Source: Raillietiella orientalis
Lineage: Eukaryota
DNA: 64,000 bases
NCBI GenBank assembly: GCA_036172245.1
Contig: JAYWIR010000027.1
Coordinates: 2,604,001 to 2,668,000, forward strand
Direction: 5' to 3'
Below are positions 1 through 11,226 of this stretch, piece after piece. Every line of letters starts with the position of its first letter. The stretch's first letter is position 1. The notes beneath the pieces are model-generated. The model saw only the letters and a list, made by a program, of their open reading frames with translations, ran no database searches and had not been told where the DNA came from. A program made the position numbers and the translations under genes.

Positions 1-758
1 GTCCTCAGCCGTGCGCCTTCCGGCAATTTTCGCGCATGGGCGACCCCGCTCGAGCAGCGAGAGATCCTCGGGACGAGGCGTGGTGTGAACCGCAGCTCCC
101 ATGACCGTTGCCATGGCATCGGCTCCCTAATCAGCCCTGTGCTCCGATGGATGGCTGCCCTTCGGAAGGTCCTCTCCCCCCGGAGTTGACATCGAGTTCC
201 CGAGGAAGAGAGAGCGCGCGAGTTCCGTGCGGGGTCGAGCGGGATTTCCTAGAGGTCGCGAAGACGTTTGGCCTTCCACGGCAGTGGACCCTAGCAGGTC
301 GTGAGTGACCAGCTCTGTTGCCTCTGCTGGCGTTCGTCTTAGGCTCGACGACTGGTCCCTCTCGGAGGTCGTAGGCGAACAGGGCTCCTGAAACGACGGT
401 GGAAACTCACTCCTTCCGACCCGCGCCCCTTCCCCCATCGGCACTGTCTCTCTGGTCGCTTCTAGGGGTCCTTCAACGCCCTGTTCAGACGACGAGCAGA
501 TCCCCTCCGTCTCCCGCCTACCAGCTATTTTTTTGTTTTTGGAGCTTTTTTCTTCCCCTTTCTATTGGCTTGCTGAGTGCTCAAAGAACCGCTCGCCTCC
601 TTTGGGGTGTCTCACGAAGCTCTTCAAGAATTGCCCACACCACCCGGGGGTGCACATTAACTCTTCAAGTTAGGAGGCACCCTGGGGGACCCCCTATGAA
701 TCCAGGAAGGTTCTGCTGGAAGAATTCCGTTCCTCTCACGTCGTAGTTGCTTCCTATC

Positions 759-809
759 GACCCGAACACGCCGGGGCGTTCCTGAAAATGTGAAATAACC
801 TCATAACTT
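759..809 (-). mobile_element. Remnant 3' terminus (stem-loop) of a Tx1-like family A copy
   Basis: The minus strand reads GAACGCCCCGGCGTGTTCGGGTCG, a variant of the family terminal hairpin. It lies 60 nt from the hairpin at 819-836. Confidence 0.55.
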
Positions 810-817
810 GTGGTTGG

Positions 818-1441
818 TCACCAGGATCCGCCGGGGCATTTATTATAAAAAAAATCATTATAAAAGTCGCTGTCCACATTGCAGATTCGTGGTAGAACAT
901 TTGGTTCTACCACACGCGAAGGACTTGCCAAAAGCCGGTACGTAGACCGGTGAGGTCCGTTCCATTGCGAAAGGTGAGGGAAAACTACAAAAAAAAAAAA
1001 GAGAAAAAATAAGGAGAGGGGAAGTTTCCTAGGGAAGGAAGGGGAGGAGAGAGAAAGGATCACTGTTCACCTAAGGACGTCCTCTGCATCCTGTTCAGGA
1101 TGCTGACAAGTGCTGTTTTGGCATTGTCCAGGTGGGTCCATCTCGTCGTGCAGTGGATGACGTCCCTGCCATTTCGCCCTCTCCTTGTTGCGTTCCAGCA
1201 TGCCACGATTCCACGGACACAGAACTGCTAGGGACGGCTGGAAGAAGATCGGTACGCCGGGGGAAGAGTCGGAAAATGTCCTTTGGTTCGCCCGCCAGTT
1301 TTCCTAGGATCATTGAGAGACGGATCCAAAGAGGTCGAAGGGCAAAACAGTCTACGAATAAGTGCGGGAAGGTGTCTTTGTGGCCGCCCCTTTCACAACC
1401 CCTTTTACCTGCCTCCGATCAAGCAGGAGACCCCCATTACA
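818..1441 (-). mobile_element. 5'-truncated Tx1/L1-like non-LTR retrotransposon (family A), ORF2 C-terminus + 3' UTR
   Basis: Minus-strand translation gives PHLFVDCFALRPLWIRL...ALVSILNRMQRTSLGEQ*, then a pyrimidine tract, AATAAA and the terminal hairpin at 819-836. Candidate TSD GTGGTTGG at 810-817 and 1442-1449. Confidence 0.8.
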
Positions 1442-1539
1442 GTGGTTGGCTACTGCCAATTGCCCTCCTCAGGAAGGGTGTCGTTGCCGCGAGGGGTTCC
1501 GCATCGCCCACGCGATTACGAAAGCAACTCCAAAGACGA

Positions 1540-1825
1540 CCACTTCCTTATTCTCTCTGGAGAGACCCCCTGGAAAGAATCCGCTCCTTGATTCCTCCTC
1601 TGAAGAGAACTCCGAAGGTCCCTATTTCTCCCAAGGTTCGCTTCCCGAAGAGAACGAAGCGCTTGTTGACCCTGTGGAGGGGTGTCAATTAGCTAGCTCG
1701 CCAATTGGCAGCTCCATGGTCCCCTCGAAAGGGAGGGTCTCCCTTTTCGAGGTAAGGGACGACTCCCCTTTCGCAATCGGAGAGGAACAACTCCGAAGGG
1801 CTCTTTGATTCCTGGAAAGACCTTA
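1540..1825 (-). mobile_element. Partial body of the long tRNA-headed SINE family
   Basis: Similar to 2146-2620 and 14340-14680 (e.g. CTTCCTTATTCTCTC..GAGA.ACCCCCTGGA, TGACCCT.T.GAGGGGTGT, TCCTGGAA.GACC). Confidence 0.6.
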
Positions 1826-1829
1826 ACAG

Positions 1830-2068
1830 GCTGACTTCCAGTCCCAGACAGTCAACGAAAGCATCCGGCCTCTGGCTAACATCAAGCCGCACCTTAAAGT
1901 GGCAGGAGTCGGCATTGAAGCTGCTGCACTGGAACCTTCCGTGCAACGCCCGCTGACACCATTGGACCCGGGGGAGGAGGTGGGGCCAAACTGCGGCAGC
2001 TGCGGCCAGAGAGAGTCCCTCCCGCACCTGCTCATGGAGTGTGTTTCCCTCCAGACCTTTTGGGAACG
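1830..2068 (+). mobile_element. Family A ORF2 fragment (C-terminal CCHC zinc-binding region)
   Basis: PNCGSCGQRESLPHLLMECVSLQTFWER. Near-identical to the reverse complement of about 15590-15765. Confidence 0.8.
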
Positions 2069-2074
2069 CTCTGA

Positions 2075-3195
2075 TCCCTTTTGGGAGTTTGGGGTTGACG
2101 AAGCATTGGAGAGGGATCCCTCCGGACGGGGGGAATCGCACCTCTCACCCTGGTTGTCTCCGAAGGGGAACCCGAAGGGAATCTCCTTCCTCATTCTCTC
2201 CGGAGGGACACCCCCTGGGAGAGGGGTGGTCTCTCCATTTCAACTTCTTCGAAGTGAACCCGGAAAGGATCCGCTTGTAGGAATTTCTTCTCCGGAGGGA
2301 ATCCGCAAGGGAACAGCTACTGTTCACTCCTCTGACGAGAACCCCGAAGGGATGCTTCCGAAACTCAGAAGGGGCGCTGCAGCTTCCCGCAGGGAATCGC
2401 TCTCTCTTGCTTCCTTGTGCACTCTGTGAAGAGGCGACGACTTGGAGGGACCCCCGAAACAGGGGGGTCCGCTCCTTTGAACAACTGGAGAGGTGCCCGT
2501 GAGGGATCCTGCTCCATCTTGAAACCAGAGGTGGTCCCCTGGTGACAGGGGTCCGCTCTCCGTTGCACGACCGGAAGGGGAACTCCCCACTCCTTTATTC
2601 CTGGAAGGACCCGAAGGTCGACTCCCATCGTTCCGGCCTTCATCGGGGTTTCCTGCTTAAACCACCACCGGTGCCATGCCCGAATTTCTCGGCCAACCAG
2701 TGCCGTTGCAGGAGAAACTCGGAACCCAACGACGCAATGGCGTCAGTTTCTGCCGAAGTATTTGAACCCGCGACGCATGGTGCCACGTGCGGAAGCCTTA
2801 ACCACAAAGCCTCCTACGCGAGCCCTCAATTTTTTGACAGTATTTTTTTTTATTTTATTTTTTTGTGTGTTCGTTTGCCTCCCCTTCCTATGTGCTGCCG
2901 AGGTGACCCCGCTGGTCTGCGTGCCAGATCCCGGCAGGTTCCTTCTCGTAGTTATAAGTAACGAGACAGAATCACACATCGAGCCACAGACGTTCATTTT
3001 TTATAGATACACGCCCCGGCGTGACCGGGTGTCAACCAGTGCCGCACTCGATTATGGACCAACCAGCGCCATCCTGCGGGGGGGAAATCGAAATTCACGA
3101 CGACGCACCCCTCGTTCTCGGCATCCACCCTTCCCCGGGCGGAATTCGAACCCACGACCCTCGGTGCCGCGCGCGGAGAGACTGCAGAGCTGCGA
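2075..3195 (-). mobile_element. Long tRNA-derived SINE, interrupted by a 327-bp insertion (2706-3032)
   Basis: B-box GGGTTCGAATTC on the minus strand at 3142-3153. After removing 2706-3044 the sequence is collinear with the uninterrupted copy at 14230-14895. Confidence 0.7.
2706..3032 (+). mobile_element. Chimeric insertion: inverted tRNA-like head (2706-2825) + family A 3' UTR and terminal hairpin
   Basis: Direct repeat CAACCAGTGCCG at 2694-2705 and 3033-3044. Minus-strand B-box GGGTTCAAATAC at 2758-2769. 2840-3031 matches the reverse complement of 15085-15270. Confidence 0.75.
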
Positions 3196-5479
3196 GGCCG
3201 CCAATGCCATCTCTCCCCTCTCCATCGGTGGCTGAGGTGGGCCCATCGAGAAGCCCAAGAAGCTGCTGCGAGCGGGTACGCGGGGGAGCCCCTCTGCATG
3301 AGCGAAAAGGCAGAGGAAGGGAGAGGAGTGCTGGTGCTGGTGTTTGCGGTGGCGGCGGCGTGAGGTACCAAGGTGATCTCGTCCCCTGTTTGCTCTCCGC
3401 CAAGTCTCCTAGTCGTCGCGCCATCCACGTCTTCCGGGCCTTCAAGACTGAGACCGGACGGGTGTCCTGGAAAAAGTCGGGATGAGCCGGCCTCGTTCCC
3501 AGGGCAACAGCATGCGCAAGAGGGTGTTCTCCTCTCCTCCCCCGCCCCTCTCCCTCCGCCGACCCGACCCGGCAGGGCTCGCGCTGCTCTTCAAGAATAG
3601 GGAGTGCGAGCGAAAATGAAAGAGGATGCCACTTTAAAGAGAGAGAAAGCGTGACCGGGCAGTCAAGGAAGAAGTCGTCGGCCACGCGCCTCGTGGTCGT
3701 CCAGGAGCCTGCAGCGGCGGACTGCTCCTTCGGCTCGATCCCGCGGTGGAGCGGAAAGGAGATAGGGGGGGAGTGAGTAGGGGGAAGACGCGCGCGCGCG
3801 CGAAGAGGGCGCTTGGCCGAACGCGCAGGCTTGGTGTCCGCGATCCGGGGCCGGGACGGCGAACGGGAACGCTCCCCGACCTCTCCCTCGGCGTCGCAGC
3901 AGTCCCCGTGCGTTTCCTCCCTCCCGAAATCGAAACGAGAGGTCTCCTTCCTCCGGGATCGAAACTCGCCCTCTGTCCGCAGCTGGACCCCGAAACCCCA
4001 TCTCATTCCCCGAGATCCCCTCCTGCCTCCGCCGGCCGGGTCATCAGATCGATGCGATTTCATACCCACTGCTTCATTCATTTCCATCGGCATCTCGCGA
4101 GGAGGGGAGAGGCGGGATCACGGGAACATCCTCTGGAAGGGAGGATGCCAGCTCGAGATTACCGGCCAATCTCCGTGTCAGAAAAATTAGCTCCGTCGCG
4201 CGCGAACAAGAACTCCGCAGTCACCTCTGCGGAGGCGCGCCGCGGGGAAGCACTATGGGTACCGGCGGGTGCTGAGCAGCGCCATCTCGCCTCGAGGAAC
4301 GTACTCAAGGAGGAAGAATAGAAAAGGGGAGGGCCGGAAATCTCTCGTTGCGTCACGAGGCGGGAAGAGCTGCTCCTGTTCTGGAAGGAGGTTGCCTTCC
4401 CCGCCGAGAGGTTCCAGGCGGCGCTTCCGTCAGCCCCGTCGCAGCCGCCGTTATGGCGCTCTCCGCATTGGATGCGCCCTCTTGGAAAGACTGGGGAAGA
4501 AGCGCGGAGAAAGAGGGAGGCACAGGGAGGGAGAGGTGCACAGCAGCGGCGATCCTCTGGTTCTCGAGGGAGGCCTGGGGCGAGCGTCCCCGTGGATTCC
4601 TCCGCGTCGAGAAGTCTCCAAACGTAGTTTGGTTCCCGGGAGCGAGTCGCGTGTTTGCGCCGACCGGGACACTTCGGCGGGCTCGCGGGCGGCCCACCCT
4701 GCACGCCTTCCTGAAGGCGAGTCCGTCCCTCACTCCCCTTCCCCGACGCCTCCCGGTCGCGCCAGGGCGTTCGTTCTCACTTGCAGCCATCAGAAAGGGG
4801 TGAGGGAGGTACAGCAATGCAGATTGGGTCGTAAGTCAGAGAGTGTCCCGACGGAGAAGAGGAGGAAGGTCGCCCAAGAGACAAGCCTCAGGGCAGCAGG
4901 TGCCAGCAGCATGCAGCTCGTGTGTGGCAGCAACGACGCTGTCGTTAGCAGCAGGTGTGGGAGCAGGTACGCACAGAGGTGGCTGGCGTTATGCGACAAT
5001 CCCGATGGCGCTGCCGCAGGGAGGCAAGGGACATAGCTCGCAGCATCTCGTGTGTCAAGCAGGCGGGTCGGAGTGGCCCCATTCTCCGGAACCTGCTTCC
5101 TATCATGTAGCAGGTTCTGGAGAGTGGGACTCCCCTCGTCTGCTGGACCAAAATGCCTAATCTTGGCCCAGCAGGCATGTGCATGCTGGGATGAGGAGCG
5201 CTCGTGAGGACGGCCCGAGAGGGCAGAGACGCGAATCTCCTCGGTGCCATTCGACACCTGTAGCTCTGTGCTGGTTCCCAGCCGCAGACCTCTTCTTCGT
5301 CTCTTCCGACTCTTTCGGGAAGCAAGGGGGCGTGCGATGGCCCCACCGTCGAGAACAATCGGTCCCAGTGCCAAGGAGAGCGGCGCAGGAAGAAACCCAT
5401 TAGCAGGCGAGGAGGCAGCTGCAGCAGAGACTCCGGGTCCCTCCAAAGGCCGAAGGACTCCAGATGAGCTGGCTTGAAG

Positions 5480-6400
5480 CCAGCTAACCTGTCCAGTTAA
5501 GTTCGTCTCGGAGAAGGAGGGGAGGGGGAGAGAAGGGGTGCCAAATGCAAGGAGAGAGAAAAAATGGGTGGTCATTATTTGGGTGAGGGGATCACCGACC
5601 ATCCTCTGGGCTTCTCTGCGCTGGACACAGGATGGCCAGTCCCGAACAAAAGCCGCCACCATCCCACGTCCGCAGGATGCCGCTGGTCACTGAGTCCGGT
5701 TCTGAATGACATCAAGGCCCGTGGACTCCGACGGGACGCTTCGAATCTTCCGCTGCTCATCCTGAGAGATTGTGTCCGCGGGCAGGATGCGCCTGCGAGG
5801 AATCGACCGAAGGGTAAGGTCCCTAAGGCCGGGAGGCGACTCGCGCAGTGCTCACCGCTCCTTTATCTCCTCTCAGAGCCACAAAATGGCTCTTGGTTGG
5901 CGGCGGGAGCAGGCGCTTGCCATGTGAGACCAGCCGGCGGCGGTCCCGTTCCCTGCCTTTGCCCCTGGAGCAAAATGGCCTGTCCTGGCAGGCAGGACGT
6001 CGGAACGCGGACGCACGTTCCTGGCTCCTGCTTCGAAACCTGCGCGGGGCGACTGATCCGGGAACTTTTTGTCGCGAGGTGGCGTCACGCGCCATCTTTG
6101 CCTTGCCGCCGCTAGATGGATGCAGCGGCACCGGAGGTAGCGCTTTGCTACGTAGCAGGGACCTCCTGCGCTTTCTTCGCCATTCGGTCGCCCGCGGCGT
6201 TTCTCGGCCGTTTCTTTAAAACACCAACACGCTTCCCGTAGACTCTGTGTACGATCCGTAATGCCTCGGGAATGCAGTGTACGCCTCTTCCTGTAACGCG
6301 GCGGGCGGACAGGGTGCGCCGCCAGGATTTCCCATGGAAACTGCAGCTGCTACAAACCGGAGCACTCCCCTCCCCCATTTTCGTGAGCGTCGCATCGTTT
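5480..6400 (-). mobile_element. Highly decayed non-LTR 3' region
   Basis: PVCSSC motif near 6350. Near 5590-5645 the sequence resembles the family A ORF2 end (…CAGAGAAGCCCAGAGGATGGTCGGTGATCCCC) followed by a pyrimidine tract. Confidence 0.3.
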
Positions 6401-6559
6401 CCTCACTCAAGAATCCCTTTTCCGAGCGCCGGCCTCATGGCCCCACACCCCATCACGATTCGACCTCCCTGCTTCCGGTGCCCCGACCATCTCCTTCTCC
6501 TGGCGAACGCTCGGTTTCCTCAAACGTGAAAGACACCTAGCAACGAGCGTCTCACGTTT

Positions 6560-7557
6560 GTTTTCTCCGGGGACTCAGGATCGACTGAACCACTCTTAAA
6601 GGTCGTTCGCCTGGACGCTCCCTCCCCATCAGGCCTTCAGGGTCCCACAGGTGCATTCGCTAGCACCACCAAGCTGTGTGCCCGCTGCAGCCCCAGGCGA
6701 GAGCTCGCGGCCAAACTCTTCCGGCGCGCGCGTCTCCCGGCCGCAGTGCACCCGAAGGCAGGAGCGGCCCTGTTCCGGCGGCGTCAGGAGGCGGAGGGCT
6801 CGACTCTTCGAACGCCACCCACTTTCAGGGACAGCTGCTTCAGCAGGTGAGCCGCTGGCGGCACCGCTTAGCCGAGTCCGACTTCCGTCCATGGCCACCG
6901 TTGTGCTGTCCATAGCAACCGACGCCTTCGCGTAGAAAGCCCAGTAACCCGACGTTCAGTCCACTCCAAAGCACCGGTTCTGCTCACCAAAGCAAACCCT
7001 CTGGGCGCCCATAGATCCGACAGTCCGAGCTTTGGCGTCCAAGCGAGCCGGACTTCTCATCCATTTCAAGTTCGAGGACTAGTCAAAGTCACCTCGTCCC
7101 CAGTCAGTCGCTTTACCTAACGTGATTCCCCTCTTCCCTTCCGCCCCAACGAGTGCCAGCTGCCCTGAGGGAAACTTCGGAGGTAACCGGTCACGAGGTG
7201 GTTCGATCCGTCTTTTGCCCAGACTCCCACGACGAATTCGAACGTTAGTATCGCCACGGGGCCTCCACCAGAGTCGTCTCTGGAGTCATCCTGGCCAGGC
7301 ACGGGTCCAGCATCATTCGATGCGTTCCGACGGACAATCGCGCGTTTACGGGATGTCACGGGAGTGCTCCTGCGTACGCTCGAGAGGGAGCCGCAAACGG
7401 CCGCGAGAAACCTCCTGCGGGCGGATCTTCCCAGATTGGCTCGCGCGCTATCGGACACCCGCACCTCTCGTGTCCGCCCGCGGACAGCGACGCGCGTTGA
7501 CTCCTCCCTAGCGCGAAGGAGGAAGCCACGCGCTCGCGTGGGAAGACGGACGAGCGA
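6560..7557 (-). pseudogene. Decayed 28S (LSU) rRNA fragment, roughly from the 3' side of D2 to D7
   Basis: Collinear conserved LSU blocks on the minus strand: CCAGAG.ACGA.CTCTGGTGGAGG, CCTCCGAAGTTTCCCTCAGG.CAGCTGG, AACTTGAAATGGATGAGAAG, GGACGGAAGTCGGACTCGGCTAAGCGG, CCCTGAAAGTGGGTGGCGTT, CAGTCGATCCTGAG. Many substitutions and indels fall in normally invariant positions. Confidence 0.85.
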
Positions 7558-9039
7558 TGCCACCCGGATACGCCGGGACGTTTATTCAATCTCTCCATAT
7601 AGTCATGACAATACGTGGTACAAGGCCCCTCTAACGGCCAATAACACCGGACCTGCCGGAACACCGGGACGCAGCACGGCGTGACTCTCCTCGGCAGTAG
7701 AAGGGGATGGGGGAAAAAACAAAAAGAAAAAATAAAACAATAAGGCAGAAAAAAGAATTTAGAGGGTGGGGAAGGGATCACTGACCACTGGGAGGAGGGT
7801 CCATGCTTTGCAGGATGCCCTCGAGGTCCTTCTTTAGTCCACCCAGCTGGGGCCATACGGTAACTCTCTGCAGGAAGCGAACAGCATACGGGATGACGGC
7901 CCTCTCGTTGGCATCTTCATCTTCGGCTTCACTCCAGGCTGCCACAAACCCATGGATGCAGCAAAGTGCTTCCAGGGCTGCGGCTGGCTCCAGGGAGTCC
8001 CGCACGAAGAGAAGGCGGTAGACGTCTCTGTGGTTGTCGCCAACCGGTATCCCAAGGGTCGTTCCGAAACGTTTCCACAGGCGCCGGAGGGCAGGGCAGT
8101 CAACTATCAGGTGGGGGAGGGACTCCTGCTCCCCGCACCTGGCACACTCAGAGTTTACTCTCCCCCTCATCCAATGAAAGCGGCGGGCGTTGCAGGGTAG
8201 ACCTCAATGCAACAACAGGAGCGCCGACTCTTGCTACTTGAGGGGGAGGATCCTTAAACCATTCAATACCGGGGGCCACTTCAGGTCATCCGTCGGGATG
8301 CCGAACAGCTCGCCTTATCGCAAAAGTCCACGCGGAAGGACACTCGGGGTCGTGGCATCTGACAGCTCTCCCATGGTCCAACCGCTCATCTTCTCTCTGC
8401 CCGCGATCCGACAGGACTCTTGCCACTTCTGTGTCCGTCCGCTGAAGAGGGCCCTCCGTAGGAAGGGCAGCGCCGTAGCTAAAGGGGTAGTCTCCGCCCA
8501 TGTGCTCCTTGTGGTACACCCCAGAATGGTCCTCAGGGCGTAGGGCCCGAATCGCAGGCAGTTCCAGCTGTCATTTCTCTGGGCATTTAACTTCGCTCAT
8601 GTTCCAACAGGTTCCTCCATCCATGCGGAGTAGTTGGCGGGGCTGCATACCATCCAGCCGTTCTCCTTGGCAAGTGTGGCCATGCGTCCAAGGAGAAGGC
8701 CTCATCTTCTGATCTTCCGGCCGGGGCACAGAAGATGAGACGCGAGTCCTTGCGTCCTGGATACACAACTAGCTAGGAGGCGGGCCGGAACGCACCAAGG
8801 GGTGCTCCACAACTTCGCTGCGATAGCCATGGTGTGCCATCGCAGCTGAATTTTCAAGCGCTCCAGCGTCAGGAGGCCAAGACCGCCGTCCTGACGCGGA
8901 GCGCATATGTCCTGCAGCTTCACTTGGGGCCTCTCGTTGCCCCACAGGGCGATACGAAGAAGGTTCTTGGTTCGCTTCTTCAACTGGGAAGGACGGGGTA
9001 AACAAAAAGCAGGGGGCTGAGGGCTTGTCCGTCCTCGTT
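7558..9039 (-). mobile_element. 5'-truncated family A copy inserted into the 28S-like sequence
   Basis: ALWGNERPQVKLQDICAPRQDGGLGL…, CARCGEQESLPHLIVDC…ILQSMDPPPSGQ*. AATAAA + hairpin at 7561-7577. 14-bp TSD AGACGGACGAGCGA at 7544-7557 and 9040-9053. Confidence 0.9.
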
Positions 9040-9139
9040 AGACGGACGAGCGAAGAAGAGCGACGCGCCAGCGACCCTGCCCGGCCTCAGAAGGCGGGAA
9101 ACGAACGGGGAGCGCGCGCAAACGCGCTTCCACCCTTCC

Positions 9140-10680
9140 TTCAGGCACTCGCCGGTGCCTCCGGGTAGATTTCCCCCCGCGCGTCGGAAGAGGATCCTGG
9201 AATCCGCAGCTGCTTTTCGGCACGCTGGACGCGCGTCGAACCAGCCTCAGGGGAAGGTCTCTTCGGGGAGGAACTGACCTCCATCGCTGGATCGAAACGT
9301 ACGCGCGTGAGAGCGCGCACGGTGGCGCGACGGTGAGGGAGCAGCGCGGGAGAGGCTCGCAAACCGTGCCGGGTCTGCGCCTCTCTCAGGAAGAAAAGTG
9401 TCTCCAAATGTCCCTGGGGCCATCCACCTGAATTTGAAGGGTCATCGCCGGACGATCCCAGAATGGGCCGGAAGGTGGCAAAGCCTAGAGGCAGATGTGG
9501 GAAGGTTTCTTCTTTCCCGCGTCCACACTCCCCCGGGTCCAGTGGCGGAGACGCGCTTTGCATTGGGGGATCCCCAGACGCAAGGCCTGCAGCGCCAGCA
9601 CCTGCCACTATAGGGGAGGGTAGAGCTGTCCGTGAAGACAACGGGCAGCGCCAGATCTCCTGGAGGGACCTCGAGCAGCCGGACCCAACGTATCAGGCCT
9701 TCTAGTGGGACGCCGGCAGTTTTGGCGTTCCTCCAACTCCCGTGCCGTCCACTCACCGAGAAGTTTCCTTGCCTCTGAAACATCGCAGCAGAGTGCCTCC
9801 CAGCTTCCCGGATTGGGAGCGTATCCTTCTCTTCTCTTGGGAGGGGGCCAGCACCGGGGCAAGCGATGCCAGCAGGGTCTTCCGTGTGTTTCCCACGGCC
9901 TCCTGCAGCGACCAACGAGCGTAGACGCCGCGTTGCAGATGGAAGAACTTCGCTTCTCTCGAGCCGTGGGTCCTCCCCCTCGCACCAGCGGACTCCTGCA
10001 GCCAAGTGGTGCTGTTCGCGGACCAAACAGAGCCTCCAGGCGTTCTCTCTCACCAAGGCAATCGTCTGTCAGAGTTGATGCCCGTACCGGGCCACGCCCT
10101 TCGGTGTCTGACAGACGAGGACCGAAGTCCGTCGCTTCCGTCCGCTCGCTTGCTCGGCGAGGAGACGCTCCAAGGCACCGTCCGCAACTTCGCCGCGAGA
10201 GCGAATCTTCTTCGGAATGGACGCTCCGTGAGCCCGTCCGGAGTCTGAAGGCCCTGCCCACTGTCTTCACAGGCGGAACGCATAGGTCTTTCAAGCGGCT
10301 TCCCTGTGTCCCGGAGGGCTCTTCGGAAAGGGTTCTCAGTCCCTCTTTCGATGGTGACGAGGGGACGGAGGGGGAAAGAGAGGAGGGGCAAACAAGAAAC
10401 AGGGGGCGGAGGAGAGGAGTCACGACAGCGTTGCCAGCCGCAGCCCGTTCCGGCAAGTGAAGCTTGCCCTTCGAGTGCCATCTCCACTTTCTGGAAACGG
10501 CAGGACCCGGCTTCTGCGGGACGGAAGTCCCCCAACGAAACGCCAAGGTACTTCAAGTACCAGCCCATGGGATCCTCCAGGCGGATTCAGTCCAATAGTC
10601 CAACCCATGCCCCTCCCACTGCCACTACCGACGACTTTGCCCTGTTCGCCTCCAGACCCGTCCCACTCTTACCAGGAAGA
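9140..10680 (-). mobile_element. Decayed family A ORF2 fragment (end of RT to zinc finger)
   Basis: GTGLEANRAKSSVVAVG…YLKYLGVS matches the end of the RT at 60030-60155. GECGRGKEETFPHL zinc-finger remnant near 9500. Confidence 0.75.
9524..10570. repeat. About 1.05-kb near-identical copy of 61825-62871
   Basis: Base-by-base match at offset 52301, with only a handful of substitutions over the first ~900 bp. Nearly identical ORF translations appear in the ORF track. Confidence 0.95.
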
Positions 10681-10689
10681 ACAACAGTT

Positions 10690-11207
10690 GGATCTCCCGC
10701 GACAATGGGAACCCCCGGCGGCAATTCCAAGGACGCAACTCCTCCTCCTACGCGATGCCCTTCGTCTGGCCTCCGTCCAGCAGGGAGCCTCGCTAGCGGC
10801 TCCCTGCTGCCTGCACGGGATTTTAGCAGCGGTCTGGAGCCACGCAAGAGGAGCACCGAGCAACAGCACATCCACTTTGCTGGACGAGAGGATGGCAATG
10901 AGATGGCCCCACCTGAAGGACTGCATGCAGCAAGAGCTTGCCAGTATCCTCGGAAGAATGCAGAGGACCTCCCTCAGGGGGAAGTGACCCCTTCCCGCAC
11001 CCTCACCCCCACCCATGCAAGGTTTATTTGTTTCTTTTTTTTCTTTTCGTTTGCTCCCTTTCCCCTACTGCTGTGGCGGACCTCACCGGTCGAGGAACCA
11101 GTCACCCGGCAGGCTCCGCTGAAATGGACGTGGTTGGACCTATGGTCCAACCAGTCTTTGTAAGTGTTTATTTTTATATTAAATAAACGTTCCGGAGCAC
11201 CGGGTGA
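10690..11207 (+). mobile_element. Family A 3' end
   Basis: LLLLRDAL…QQELASILGRMQRTSLRGK*, T-rich tract, then AATAAACGTTCCGGAGCACCGGGTG (hairpin 11190-11206). Confidence 0.8.
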
Positions 11208-11226
11208 TAATCCTTTCTCCTACTTA

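Noticed and set aside
1..520. Possible decayed ORF1/gag zinc knuckle on the minus strand (RCSSG…MRENCR)
   Set aside because: Requires frame changes and the spacing is not convincing.
2758..3153. Functional tRNA genes at the B-box motifs
   Set aside because: No complete cloverleaf. The heads continue into repeated SINE bodies.
619..5104. Direct repeats GCTCTTCAAGAAT (619/3586) and TGCTTCCTATC (748/5094) as outer TSDs
   Set aside because: The two intervals cross rather than nest, so at least one is coincidental. I could not decide which.
3095..5662. Long ORFs of 250-330 aa
   Set aside because: Arg/Gly/Pro/Ser-rich translations open on both strands, as expected from high GC. No domain motifs.
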